Shown here: piece after piece, positions 39,307 through 49,023 of the stretch
Position numbering within the stretch: the first letter of the stretch is position 1
How the letters are laid out: each line of letters opens with the position of its first letter
Source of the DNA: Longimicrobiales bacterium
Lineage (GTDB): Bacteria > Gemmatimonadota > Gemmatimonadetes > Longimicrobiales > Gaopeijiaceae
Length of the DNA: 64,000 nucleotides
Direction: 5' to 3'
Assembly: GCA_965248195.1 (NCBI GenBank)
Contig: CBDFIQ010000001.1
Coordinates: forward strand, 288,001 to 352,000
The notes under the pieces: model-generated
The model's database searches: none
What the model saw: the letters and a program-made list of their open reading frames with translations, nothing else
What the model was told of the DNA's origin: nothing
Translations under genes and position numbers: made by a program

Positions 39307-41022
39307 ATGAGAAATCGAGCCGTCTTGACGGCCGTCGCGCTGGCCATGGTAGTGGGGTTGGGACTCACGATCGACGAAGTGGCCGCTGCGCAGTCTGGGC
39401 CGGTGACCGACGAGATGCTGCGCAACCCGGATCCCGACGACTGGCTGATGATGCGGCGCACCTACGATGCGCACAGCTTCAGCCCCTTGGATCAGATCAA
39501 CCGGGACAACGTGCAGGACTTGGAGCTCGTGTGGGCGTGGGGGATCGAGAAGACTCTGATTCGCGTGGATGATCAAGTCGGGCCGATCGTCCACGACGGC
39601 GTCATGTATCTGTCTATGCCCGGCGGCTTGGTGCAGGCTCTTGATGCCGCTACGGGCGACTTCCTTTGGGAGTTTCGCCACCCGATGACGGGTCGCTTCG
39701 AGGGACGACCCGGGGGGATTCGAGGCGGACTCGTGCTCTATGGGGACAAGGCCTACGTGCACACTGCGGACGGAAAGTTAGTAGCCATCAACACCGCTGA
39801 CGGCAGCCTGGCCTGGGAGAGTACGGTCTTCAACCCGGAGGACCGCTACTCCATCTCGAGCACCGGGATAGTCGTGGACGGAAAGATCCTGTCTGGTGTG
39901 CGTTGCGGCGGATTCGGGGTGAACCGCTGCTTCATTGTCGCGCATGACGCGCAGACTGGTCGGGAACTGTGGCGAAGGTACACGACCGCCGCTCCGGGAG
40001 AGCCGGGAGGCGAAACATGGGCCGGCCTCGACCTGATCTTCCGGGCTGGTGGTGATCCCTGGATGACGGGCACCTACGACCCGGAGTTGGACCTCATTTT
40101 CTGGGGCGCAGCCCAGGCCAAGCCCTGGCATCGCGTGAGTAGGGAGACGGGGGACTCCGAGCTTCTGTACACGAGCTCTACTCTGGCGCTCGATCCCGAC
40201 ACAGGCGAGATCGAATGGCACTACCAGTACGTCCCCGGTGAGAGCTTCGACATGGACGAGCACTTCGCCTTCATAAACGTCGACGTCGAAGGACGCGAGT
40301 CCGGCTTCATGATGGGAAAGCACGGCATCCTGTGGGAAGTCGATCGGGAGACCGGCGAGCTGATCCGAGCGAGTGACACCGGCCTGCAGAACCTCGCGGA
40401 CATCGATCCCGAGACAGGGTTCGTGGGCTACCGGCCGGGCATGGTCGCGCCGATCGGTGAGAGTGTCTTCATGTGCCCCAGTCTGTCGGGGTTCAAGACC
40501 GCACGGGAGATGGCCTACAACCCGCTGACGCAGGCATTCTATATCCCCATGTCGCTCAACTGTGCACAGCAAGGTTTTGTCGAGATGGCGTATGTGGAGG
40601 GCGGCGGGGGTGTGGGTGGCTGCTGCCGAGTCGCGGAGTTCCACCCCGACTATCCCGGAATCCTTGGACAGCTGCTCGCCATGGATGTCAACGGCGAGGA
40701 GCTCTGGGCGCATCGGCAGAAGGCTCAGCTGAGCAGCTCGGTCATGAGCACGGCGGGCGGCCTGGCCTTCGTTGGTGACACCGAACGCTACGTCCGTGCT
40801 TTCGACACCGAGACGGGGGAGGTTCTATGGCGGACCCGCCTCACCACGAAGATTTCCGGGTGGCCGATGAGTTATGGTGTGGATGGGCGACAATACATCG
40901 CGATCATAACGGGTCTGGATGCGCACGGTTGGATTGCCAGGGTCGCACGACCTCTGCAGCCCGAAATCGTATGGCCGCTGGCTGGAACAGCGGTGTTCGT
41001 GTTCGCTCTGCCGGAAGACTAG
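39307..41022 (+). CDS. PQQ-dependent dehydrogenase-like beta-propeller, secreted
   Basis: DWLM.RRTY...FSPLDQIN, ALDAATG..LW Trp-docking repeats, WMTGTYDP, YGVDGRQYIA, VFALP; the 38857 start overlaps rbsK and is rejected. Confidence 0.88.
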   Translation: MRNRAVLTAVALAMVVGLGLTIDEVAAAQSGPVTDEMLRNPDPDDWLMMRRTYDAHSFSPLDQINRDNVQDLELVWAWGIEKTLIRVDDQVGPIVHDGVMYLSMPGGLVQALDAATGDFLWEFRHPMTGRFEGRPGGIRGGLVLYGDKAYVHTADGKLVAINTADGSLAWESTVFNPEDRYSISSTGIVVDGKILSGVRCGGFGVNRCFIVAHDAQTGRELWRRYTTAAPGEPGGETWAGLDLIFRAGGDPWMTGTYDPELDLIFWGAAQAKPWHRVSRETGDSELLYTSSTLALDPDTGEIEWHYQYVPGESFDMDEHFAFINVDVEGRESGFMMGKHGILWEVDRETGELIRASDTGLQNLADIDPETGFVGYRPGMVAPIGESVFMCPSLSGFKTAREMAYNPLTQAFYIPMSLNCAQQGFVEMAYVEGGGGVGGCCRVAEFHPDYPGILGQLLAMDVNGEELWAHRQKAQLSSSVMSTAGGLAFVGDTERYVRAFDTETGEVLWRTRLTTKISGWPMSYGVDGRQYIAIITGLDAHGWIARVARPLQPEIVWPLAGTAVFVFALPED

Positions 41023-41087
41023 GGCTACTTGGTTCGAGGAGGGTGGGCGGAGGCCCTTTCAGGGTAAACCACAGAAGGTGAGGAGTC

Positions 41088-42332
41088 ATGAACGTGAAGG
41101 TGCCCAGGAACCGTATGGTAGTCGCTGCCGTGGCGGTGAGCTTGGTCGTAGTGGGCTGTGAGTCAGGCGGTACGGGCGATGCCCCAGGCACTGCGGGAAC
41201 GCCCGGGACGCAGGGCACCGGGAACTACCCTCCTGATGCGTCCGGACCGCAGGTACCGGCCGGCGTGGCGCAATTCGCAGTAGACCCGTTCTGGCCGCAG
41301 CCACTGCCGGATAACTGGATCTTGGGGCAGGTCGCCGGCCAGTCCGTGGACAATGACGACAACGTGTGGATCATCCACCGGCCTTGGAGTGCCCAGGCTA
41401 TGAACGCAGGCTCCACCCCACTGCAAACGACGCGTGATCAGACCTGGGGCCACGATCCTCTCTTGAGCCTTTGCTGCGTCACCGCCCCACCGGTCATCGC
41501 GTTCGACCCGCAGGGGAAAGTCATTCACGCGTGGGGTGGCGACAGTCCCACCGGTGAGTATCAGTGGTTCAACGGTGAGCACGGGATTCACGTCGACCAC
41601 AACAACTTCGTGTGGGTCGCGGGAAATGGTGCGAATGACCACCACATGTTGAAGTTCACGAGGGACGGGGAATTCGTTCTTCAGATCGGGACGGTTGGGG
41701 AGAGCGAAGCGAGTAACGATCCGAACTCCCTCAACGGGGCCGCGGTCATGGAGGTGGACCCTGAGACGAACGAGATCTACGTGGCCGACGGTGGTCGCCT
41801 GGTCGTCTTTGACGCGGAGACGGGAGAGTTTCTCAGGCACTGGGGAGCCTATGGGCAGCCGCCCGTTGACGGGGACACAGGCCGCCCGAGCCCGCGGGAC
41901 CCCAACGCGCCGCCGAGCCGCACCTGGAGCCGGCCGGTGCATGGGATGGCGATCTCCGACGACGGGCTTGTATTTGTGGCAGACCGTCCCAACAACCGGA
42001 TTCAGGTTTTCCAGAAGGACGGGTCGTACGTGACCGAGACGGTCCTCCAACCGCAGACTTTCGGATTGGGATCGACGGACGGTGTGGAGTTGGATCCTTT
42101 GGATAGCGAGCGGCGGTTCATCTATGTTCCGGATGCGATGGACAACAAGATCTGGACCCTCGATCGCGAGACGCTGGAGGTGGTCTACTCCTGGGGGCGC
42201 GGGAGAATACAGCCCGGCCAGTTCGACTGGCTGCATTACATAGCCTTCGATTCCCAAGGAAATATGTATACCGGCGAAGTGCAGACCGGGCATCGGATCC
42301 AGAAGTTCGTGCGGCTCAACGGGGCACCATGA
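41088..42332 (+). CDS. NHL-repeat beta-propeller lipoprotein (PAL-like)
   Basis: VVGC lipobox; DPFWPQPLP..WILG, EHGIHVD, VHGMAIS..VADRPNNRIQVF, LHYIAFD. Confidence 0.85.
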   Translation: MNVKVPRNRMVVAAVAVSLVVVGCESGGTGDAPGTAGTPGTQGTGNYPPDASGPQVPAGVAQFAVDPFWPQPLPDNWILGQVAGQSVDNDDNVWIIHRPWSAQAMNAGSTPLQTTRDQTWGHDPLLSLCCVTAPPVIAFDPQGKVIHAWGGDSPTGEYQWFNGEHGIHVDHNNFVWVAGNGANDHHMLKFTRDGEFVLQIGTVGESEASNDPNSLNGAAVMEVDPETNEIYVADGGRLVVFDAETGEFLRHWGAYGQPPVDGDTGRPSPRDPNAPPSRTWSRPVHGMAISDDGLVFVADRPNNRIQVFQKDGSYVTETVLQPQTFGLGSTDGVELDPLDSERRFIYVPDAMDNKIWTLDRETLEVVYSWGRGRIQPGQFDWLHYIAFDSQGNMYTGEVQTGHRIQKFVRLNGAP

Positions 42333-42415
42333 CCGCCAAAGGCCTCGCGTTCATGGCCAACCGGTGACCCGCTACAGGAAATCCGCGGAATCGGACCCGA
42401 TTGGCGGCAACGCGC

Positions 42416-42445
42416 TTGACATCCCTCAGCGCCCGCTTCTACGTT
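42416..42445 (+). promoter_or_regulatory. candidate sigma70 promoter of DUF1592 operon copy 3
   Basis: TTGACA-N18-TACGTT, about 60 bp upstream of ATG 42507. Confidence 0.55.
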
Positions 42446-42506
42446 GCTTATTGCTTAAGGTTCAGAATCGACGGGCTCCGTAGAGGGTGCCTGTCTAGGA
42501 GGCAGA

Positions 42507-45098
42507 ATGCGGTTCATCAGGCCGATCGGCCGACAGATGTCAAGGAACCGCTCGCGAGCTGGATACGCGTCGAGCTACGCGCTCCTGCTGAGCACTGGGA
42601 TCGTGGGAGCGTTCCTGTGGGGTGCCGACGGATCGCTCCGGCAGGCGCAACCGGCCCAGACGCAATTGGTGCCCGCTCCCGGGCTCGATGTCGTCCAGCC
42701 GGGACTCCATCAGCAGAATCAGCAGGCGATTGATGTTCAGGCGGTCCTGGACACATACTGCGTCGTCTGTCATAACCCGAGACGAGGCACTGCCACCTTC
42801 GCGTTCGACACGCTGGACGCGTCGCGCCCGGGCACCCATCCCGCAACGTGGGAGAAGGTGGTTACGAAGCTTCGGACGGGCACGATGCCACCTGGCGGGA
42901 GGCGGCGGCCCGATCCGGAGACGTATGCGGCCGTGGCTGGCTGGTTGGAGACGGAGCTCGACGCCGCGTGGGCGGCCGATCCGTATCCAGGCAGGATCAA
43001 CGCGCTCCACCGCTTGAACCGCACCGAATACAACAACGCCATTCGCGACCTGTTGGCGCTCGATATCGATGTGAGAGAGCTGTTGCCCGGGGACGAGACG
43101 GCGGACGGCAGCTTCGACAACATCGCAGCGTCCCTCACGATTTCCACGGCCCATTTGGAACGATACGTATCGGTGGCCCGTCAGGTCACGCGTCTGGCGA
43201 CGGGCCTGCCCCCGGTAGGGGCGGATTTCAAGATCTTTCGAGTCGACGAGCTCCTGAAACAGACTGATCTGATGGGCGAAGATCTGCCGCTGGGATCTCG
43301 CGGTGGCATGGCCGTCCGCCATCAATTCCCGGCCGATGGTGAGTACCTCATCAAGGTCAACCTGACAGCGAATTATGCGGACTACCTCAAGGGGATGGGG
43401 TGGCCGCAAGAGATCGAGTTTCGCGTCGATGGCGAGCTGATGGGCCGGTTTACAGCGGGAGGGGAGGCCTTGGAATTCCGACCCGCCCCTGCCAGCTACG
43501 AAGGCGCCGGTCAGCCTGGGTTCGAGGGCGACTGGGAGTGGGAAGCGTACATGCAGGGCGCGGCGGACGATCACTTGGAGGTTCGCACCTTCATCACGGG
43601 CGGACCCCATGTCGTCGGAGTCGCATTCCCCATGTACATGTGGGAGCCGGAGGCCCTCCTCCCGCAACCGCCGCTGCGGGAGTGGGGGAAGACGTTGAAG
43701 GATGACGCCAGGTACATGGACTATCAGGGCGTGAACGATCTCATGATCGAAGGCCCCTACCAGATCTCCGAATCGACGGGCGATTCTCCCAGTCGTCGGG
43801 AGATCTTCGTCTGTAAGCCGGAGGCCGAAACGGAGGAGCCGGCCTGCGCTGCGAGAATTATCGAGCGGATGGCCCGGCGCGCCTTTCGGCGACCGGTCAC
43901 GGGCGAGGACCTCCAGAAGTTGATGGAGTTCTTCGATCAGGGTAGGCAGGATGGGCAGAGCTTCGACGCCGGCATTCAGTTCGCCCTCGAGCGGATGCTG
44001 GTCGACCCGGCTTTTCTGCTCCGTGTTTATCGGGATCCGCCGTCGCAGGCCACCCCCGACCCCTATCGCCTCAGCGACCTGGAGGTCGCCTCGCGGCTGT
44101 CTTTCTTCCTGTGGAGCAGCATTCCCGACACAACCCTGCTCGACCTGGCGGAGCAGGGGAGGCTTTCGGATCCCCCTGTTCTGAGACAGCAGGTGCTGCG
44201 AATGTTGGCTGATCCACGAGCCGCAGATGCGCTGACGCAGGGTTTCGCCAGCCAGTGGCTGAATTTGCGCGTCCTCGCCGACAAGGTAGCCGATGAGGAC
44301 CTATATCCTGTGTTCGACCACAATCTGCTGGAGGCGATGCGGCTCGAGACCGAAATGTTCGTCACCAGCACGATCAGCGAGGACCGGAGCGTCCTCGACC
44401 TCTTGAGGGCGGACTACACGTTCGTCAACGAACGGCTGGCACGCCATTACGGTATTCCCGACGTCTACGGCAGCCGCATGCGGCGGGTCACCCTCCCCAA
44501 CCTCCAGGAGCGCGGCGGATTGCTCGGGCAAGGCGCGCTGTTGGCGCTCACGTCGTATCCAAACCGGACGTCGCCCGTTCTGCGAGGCAAATGGCTGCTT
44601 GATAACATTCTGGGTACGCCCGTGCCGGCGCCCCCGGCTAGTGTAAACACCGATATCGAGGACGAGAGGTTTTCTCCAACCGCAACCATACGCGAGCGCA
44701 TGGAATCACACCGGACCGATCCCGTGTGCGCCACGTGCCATTCGGTCATGGATCCGCTCGGTTTCGCGCTGGAGAGCTTCGATGCCGTTGGGGCTTGGCG
44801 GACCAGAGACGAAAAAGGCCATCCGGTCGATGATTCCGGCGTCTGGCCGAGCGGTGCGGAGTTGGATGGATTTGCGGGTCTGCGCGCGATGTTGCTGGAT
44901 CAGAGCGACCAGTTCGTCAACACGGTGACCGCAAAGCTCATGACTTACGCTCTGGGGCGCAGACTCGAGTACTACGATCGGCCCGTGGTGCGCAGGATTG
45001 TGAGCGACGCGGAGGCGGACGAATACCGCTGGTCCTCGGTCATTGTCGGAATTGTCGAGAGTCCTGGCTTCTTGATGCGGGCACGCTTGACGCAATAA
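42507..45098 (+). CDS. DUF1592-family diheme cytochrome c protein, copy 3 (divergent)
   Basis: CVVCH and CATCH; RLNRTEY, ASRLSFFLWSS, RTSPVLRGKW, LMTYALGR. Confidence 0.92.
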   Translation: MRFIRPIGRQMSRNRSRAGYASSYALLLSTGIVGAFLWGADGSLRQAQPAQTQLVPAPGLDVVQPGLHQQNQQAIDVQAVLDTYCVVCHNPRRGTATFAFDTLDASRPGTHPATWEKVVTKLRTGTMPPGGRRRPDPETYAAVAGWLETELDAAWAADPYPGRINALHRLNRTEYNNAIRDLLALDIDVRELLPGDETADGSFDNIAASLTISTAHLERYVSVARQVTRLATGLPPVGADFKIFRVDELLKQTDLMGEDLPLGSRGGMAVRHQFPADGEYLIKVNLTANYADYLKGMGWPQEIEFRVDGELMGRFTAGGEALEFRPAPASYEGAGQPGFEGDWEWEAYMQGAADDHLEVRTFITGGPHVVGVAFPMYMWEPEALLPQPPLREWGKTLKDDARYMDYQGVNDLMIEGPYQISESTGDSPSRREIFVCKPEAETEEPACAARIIERMARRAFRRPVTGEDLQKLMEFFDQGRQDGQSFDAGIQFALERMLVDPAFLLRVYRDPPSQATPDPYRLSDLEVASRLSFFLWSSIPDTTLLDLAEQGRLSDPPVLRQQVLRMLADPRAADALTQGFASQWLNLRVLADKVADEDLYPVFDHNLLEAMRLETEMFVTSTISEDRSVLDLLRADYTFVNERLARHYGIPDVYGSRMRRVTLPNLQERGGLLGQGALLALTSYPNRTSPVLRGKWLLDNILGTPVPAPPASVNTDIEDERFSPTATIRERMESHRTDPVCATCHSVMDPLGFALESFDAVGAWRTRDEKGHPVDDSGVWPSGAELDGFAGLRAMLLDQSDQFVNTVTAKLMTYALGRRLEYYDRPVVRRIVSDAEADEYRWSSVIVGIVESPGFLMRARLTQ

Positions 45099-45135
45099 GC
45101 GATCAACCGGTTCCATGGCATAGGAGATGAGAGGA

Positions 45136-46479
45136 ATGACATTCATCATTGGGAAACCACTATCTCGTCGGACTGTCCTGCGGGGCGTCGGAGCGGCGTT
45201 GTCGTTGCCATTCCTGGAAGCCATGTCGCCAACCAGGTTCGGTCTGCGCGGGCAGGTCCCCGCCAAGCCCACACATCGGTTTCAGACGATCTATGTGCCG
45301 AACGGGATGGCCATGGAGTACTGGACCCCACAGGAAGTGGGAAGGCACTTCGAGCTTTCACCCGTCTTGGAACCGATGGCGCCGTTCAAGGACCAGATGT
45401 TGGTGCTCTCCGGCCTCGATGGGACCTGGCCCGCCAACCACGCCGGGGCATCGGGGTCGTTCCTGACGGGCACGACACGTGGGGGGCGGAACAATACCGA
45501 AACTTTGGCGGACGTCTCGATCGACCAGTTGCTGGCGAGGGAATTCGGACGGGAGACGCAGGTCGCGTCACTCGAGCTTTCGATGGACAAACCGGCCAAC
45601 GCGGGGGTTTGCGATCTCACCCTGAATTGTGTCTACACGCATACCCTTTCGTGGCGTAGCCCCACGCAGCCGTTGCCGATGGAGTCCAACCCGCGGGCGG
45701 TGTTCGAGCGGCTGTTCGGCGACAGCGGCAGCACGGAGCGGGGGGCGCGGGAAAGGCGGCTGCGACAGCAACGGAGCATCCTGGACTCGGTGAGGGATGA
45801 GGTGGCGGCTCTCAAGAGGGAGCTTGGGCCGCAGGACAACCTGAAGATCGATGAATATGCAGAGGCGGTCCGTGACGTCGAACGGCGCATTCAAAAGGCC
45901 GAGGAACAGATCGACCTCGAGCTGCCGTTCTTCGATGCGCCCCAAGGCGCCCCGACTTCGTATGAGGAGCACATGGAGCTGATGTTCGACTTGCAGCTCC
46001 TGGCCTTCCAGGCTGACCTGACGCGGGTCAGCTCATTCATGCTCGGCAAGGAACAGAGCGCTCGACCGTACCCGCAGATCGGCGTGCCCGACGCGCACCA
46101 CCCGCTGTCGCACCACAACAACGTCCCCGAGCTGATCGAGCGAATGTCGAAGATCAACCGGTATCACATCGAGTTGGTCTCCCGGTATTTAGGGAAGCTT
46201 CGCGAGACGCCCGATGGTGATGGCTCGCTTCTGGACCACATGACGATCCTGTATGGGGCCGGCATTTCCAACAGCACGCGGCATTCGTCCCTGGACCTGC
46301 CCGTGATGTTGCTCGGCGGCGGGAGCGGACGCCTCGACGGCGGCCGGCATCTCAGCTATACCGACTCACCCGTGTTGGCGAACCTGCACGTCACCCTGCT
46401 GGACAAGCTCCACATGCCGCTCGATCGGTTCGGGGGCAGCACCGGCCGACTCGAGATCGATACGCTGGCCGAGTTGTAG
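45136..46479 (+). CDS. DUF1552 (HxxSHH) protein, copy 3
   Basis: LSRRTVLRG..LPFLEAM; GVCDLTLNCVY; HHPLSHH. Confidence 0.92.
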   Translation: MTFIIGKPLSRRTVLRGVGAALSLPFLEAMSPTRFGLRGQVPAKPTHRFQTIYVPNGMAMEYWTPQEVGRHFELSPVLEPMAPFKDQMLVLSGLDGTWPANHAGASGSFLTGTTRGGRNNTETLADVSIDQLLAREFGRETQVASLELSMDKPANAGVCDLTLNCVYTHTLSWRSPTQPLPMESNPRAVFERLFGDSGSTERGARERRLRQQRSILDSVRDEVAALKRELGPQDNLKIDEYAEAVRDVERRIQKAEEQIDLELPFFDAPQGAPTSYEEHMELMFDLQLLAFQADLTRVSSFMLGKEQSARPYPQIGVPDAHHPLSHHNNVPELIERMSKINRYHIELVSRYLGKLRETPDGDGSLLDHMTILYGAGISNSTRHSSLDLPVMLLGGGSGRLDGGRHLSYTDSPVLANLHVTLLDKLHMPLDRFGGSTGRLEIDTLAEL

Positions 46480-46484
46480 GGACT

Positions 46485-47969
46485 ATGTGGATGACACCCA
46501 GGCGGTCATGCCTGACCTTACTCGGGCTGGCTCTGATCCTCATCGGGGCCGATGGGAGTGATCACCCGCTGGTCGACGCGGCGAAGAACGGTGACAGGGT
46601 CGCGCTGCAGACGCTCTTGAACGAAGGAGCCGACGTCAACGCGCAAACGGCTGACGGTTCCACCGCTCTCCTCTGGGCGAGTTACAGGGACGATCTCGAG
46701 AGCGCAGAGCTCCTGATTCGCGCCGGCGCTGACGTGAACATCGGCAATGATCTCGGCGCAACGCCGATCTGGGCTGCGAGCCGAAACGGCAGCGCGGCCA
46801 TGGCCGACGAGTTGTTGGCGGCGGGAGCAGATCCCGACGCGCCGCTGTTGCTCGGCGAGACGCCGCTCGTCACGGCCTCTCGCTCGGGTAACCCCGAGGT
46901 CGTCAGGATGCTGCTCGAGAAGGGCGCCGACGTGAACGCCCGTGGGGCCCGCGGCCAGACGCCACTCATGTTCTCGGCGGCGCAGCGACACCCGGACGTC
47001 GTGAGGGTCTTGCTGGAGCACGGTGCGGACGTTCATGCCGTATCGGATTCCTGGAGCCAGTTGATGGCCCAGAGCCCGCATTCTCACCCCGAGCATCAGG
47101 CCTGGGTCCAGCATGGGGGCAACACCGCGCTGATGTTCGCCGCTCGGGTGGGCGATCTCGAGTCCGCAAAGCGCCTCGTGGCCGCCGGCGCCGACGTGGA
47201 CGCACCATCCGCCTGGGGCTCCACGCCGTTGGCCATCGCGACGTACGCCGACTTTGGAGAACAGTTCCTGATCCGGGAGCAGACCACCAGGCAGCTGGTA
47301 TACTTCGATCGCGATCAGATCCTCCCTGGGCAATTCGGCGAATTCGTAGAGTTTCTGCTCGAGCGGGGCGCCGACCCGAACGCGGGAGCCCACCGCTTCA
47401 CCCCGCTGATCGCCGCGGTCCTGCGTCAGAACGAGAAGACAGTGGAGCTCCTCCTTGCCCACGGCGCGGATCCCGATCTCCTGCTCGGGGATTTCACGCC
47501 GCACCAACGCGGATCGACCACGGATTTCTATCTTCACAAGTCATGGGTGGGAGCCACTCCACTCTGGCTTGCTGCGCGTTTCAGCACCCCGCCAATCGTG
47601 CGCCGCCTGCTGGAGCACGGAGCCGATCCGTTGTTCGTGCATCACGGCGTGTACTACGGTGGGGGTCAGGGCGGCGTTCTGTCTCCACGACAGGAGGAGA
47701 TTACCACGACTCTGATGGCAGCGGTCAAGATGGGTACCGGGAGGGCGTGGACTGTGGTGGAGGCTGATGAGGCGAGGGTGCTGGACACCGTCAAGCTGCT
47801 GGTGGAGGCTGGTGTCGATCTTGATGCCGTCGGCAATGCACGAAATCGGGGCGTAGGTGGAGCGACCACGGCACTCGAGGCCGCGATCATCCTGGAGTAC
47901 GACTCGGTCGTGGAGTTTCTCGTCGGGGAGGGCGCCGTCACGGCGGCTGCGCCCGGTTCCTTTCGGTGA
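46485..47969 (+). CDS. secreted ankyrin-repeat protein, copy 3 (no terminal CxxC)
   Basis: GSTALLWAS, GATPIWAAS, GQTPLMFSA, GNTALMFAA repeats. Confidence 0.92.
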   Translation: MWMTPRRSCLTLLGLALILIGADGSDHPLVDAAKNGDRVALQTLLNEGADVNAQTADGSTALLWASYRDDLESAELLIRAGADVNIGNDLGATPIWAASRNGSAAMADELLAAGADPDAPLLLGETPLVTASRSGNPEVVRMLLEKGADVNARGARGQTPLMFSAAQRHPDVVRVLLEHGADVHAVSDSWSQLMAQSPHSHPEHQAWVQHGGNTALMFAARVGDLESAKRLVAAGADVDAPSAWGSTPLAIATYADFGEQFLIREQTTRQLVYFDRDQILPGQFGEFVEFLLERGADPNAGAHRFTPLIAAVLRQNEKTVELLLAHGADPDLLLGDFTPHQRGSTTDFYLHKSWVGATPLWLAARFSTPPIVRRLLEHGADPLFVHHGVYYGGGQGGVLSPRQEEITTTLMAAVKMGTGRAWTVVEADEARVLDTVKLLVEAGVDLDAVGNARNRGVGGATTALEAAIILEYDSVVEFLVGEGAVTAAAPGSFR

Positions 47970-48916
47970 GGCCTGTCGGCGGCAAGCCCCAGTGGTTGAT
48001 ATCTCTTGGCTTGGTCGTTCTGTGTGGAGTAAGCTCTGCGCGAGCTGAGAGCACCGAAGCGCCCGCGGATGATGCGGCCCAGGATCAAGCGTCCGGCGGC
48101 GGCTATCAGATGGTCGAGGATTGGATTACCGGGCCGGAAGACATCGGCGGAGTGTCCGGGGTAACCACCGATGATGAAGGTAACATCTACGCATTCAGGC
48201 GCGACGCCAACAATGTCTGGAACCTCGATCCGGCGGGTAAGCTGGTGAAGGAGTGGGGCCAGGACATCGCCATGTGGACGCATGCCATCCGCGTCGACCA
48301 CGAAGGATTTATTTGGACCATCGACGGGCAGGGCCATCAGGTCAAGAAGTGGAGCGCTGACGCGAGCAAGCTCCTGATGACCCTCGGCAGCTACGACGTT
48401 GCCGGGGACGGACCCGACACGTTCAACCGGCCTACCGATGTGGCTGTCGCTCCGAACGGCGATTTCTTCGTGTCGGATGGGTATGTCAACACGAGAGTGG
48501 CCAAGTTCGACAGGACCGGTCGGTTCATCAAGGACTGGGGCGGGGCGGGCACGGAACCGGGCCAGTTCAACACGGTCCACAGCCTCACCATCGACTCGCG
48601 GAGTCGGGTGTTAGTAGCCGATCGCGAGAATAGCCGGGTGCAGATTTTCGATCTTGAGGGCAATTTTTTGGACCAGTGGACCCACCTGGGTACCCCCTAC
48701 GCTTTGTTCCTCACCCAGGATGACCGGCTCTTTGTCGCTGATGGCGTCAACGCCAAAGTGTGGATCGCCGACGCCGGCGACGGGACGCTCCTGGGTACGA
48801 TCGAGGGAACAGAAGGCATCCATTGGGTCGCCGTGGACCCGGCTGGGAATGTCTATGCCGCCTCGAACCGAAGCCACTATTTGAGGAAGTACTCGAAAGT
48901 GGGGGCGACGCACTGA
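47966..48916 (+). CDS. peptidyl-alpha-hydroxyglycine alpha-amidating lyase (PAL)-like NHL protein
   Basis: WTHAI, DGYVNTRV, TVHSL, ADREN, GIHWV; signal peptide; GTGA overlap with ankyrin copy 3. Confidence 0.85.
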   Translation: MRPVGGKPQWLISLGLVVLCGVSSARAESTEAPADDAAQDQASGGGYQMVEDWITGPEDIGGVSGVTTDDEGNIYAFRRDANNVWNLDPAGKLVKEWGQDIAMWTHAIRVDHEGFIWTIDGQGHQVKKWSADASKLLMTLGSYDVAGDGPDTFNRPTDVAVAPNGDFFVSDGYVNTRVAKFDRTGRFIKDWGGAGTEPGQFNTVHSLTIDSRSRVLVADRENSRVQIFDLEGNFLDQWTHLGTPYALFLTQDDRLFVADGVNAKVWIADAGDGTLLGTIEGTEGIHWVAVDPAGNVYAASNRSHYLRKYSKVGATH

Positions 48917-48958
48917 CAGCTGTCGCATGCGGCAGCGACCGCTGAGTGCAACAGCCTA

Positions 48959-49001
48959 CGGAGCGTACGTACGATCACACCTCAAACGTACGTACGCCCC
49001 G
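48959..49001. terminator. imperfect 17-bp inverted repeat between convergent NHL genes
   Basis: CGGAGCGTACGTACGAT-N9-AACGTACGTACGCCCCG (2 mismatches); no U tract. Confidence 0.55.
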
Positions 49002-49023
49002 CACAGAAGCGTAACGTGCGAAC

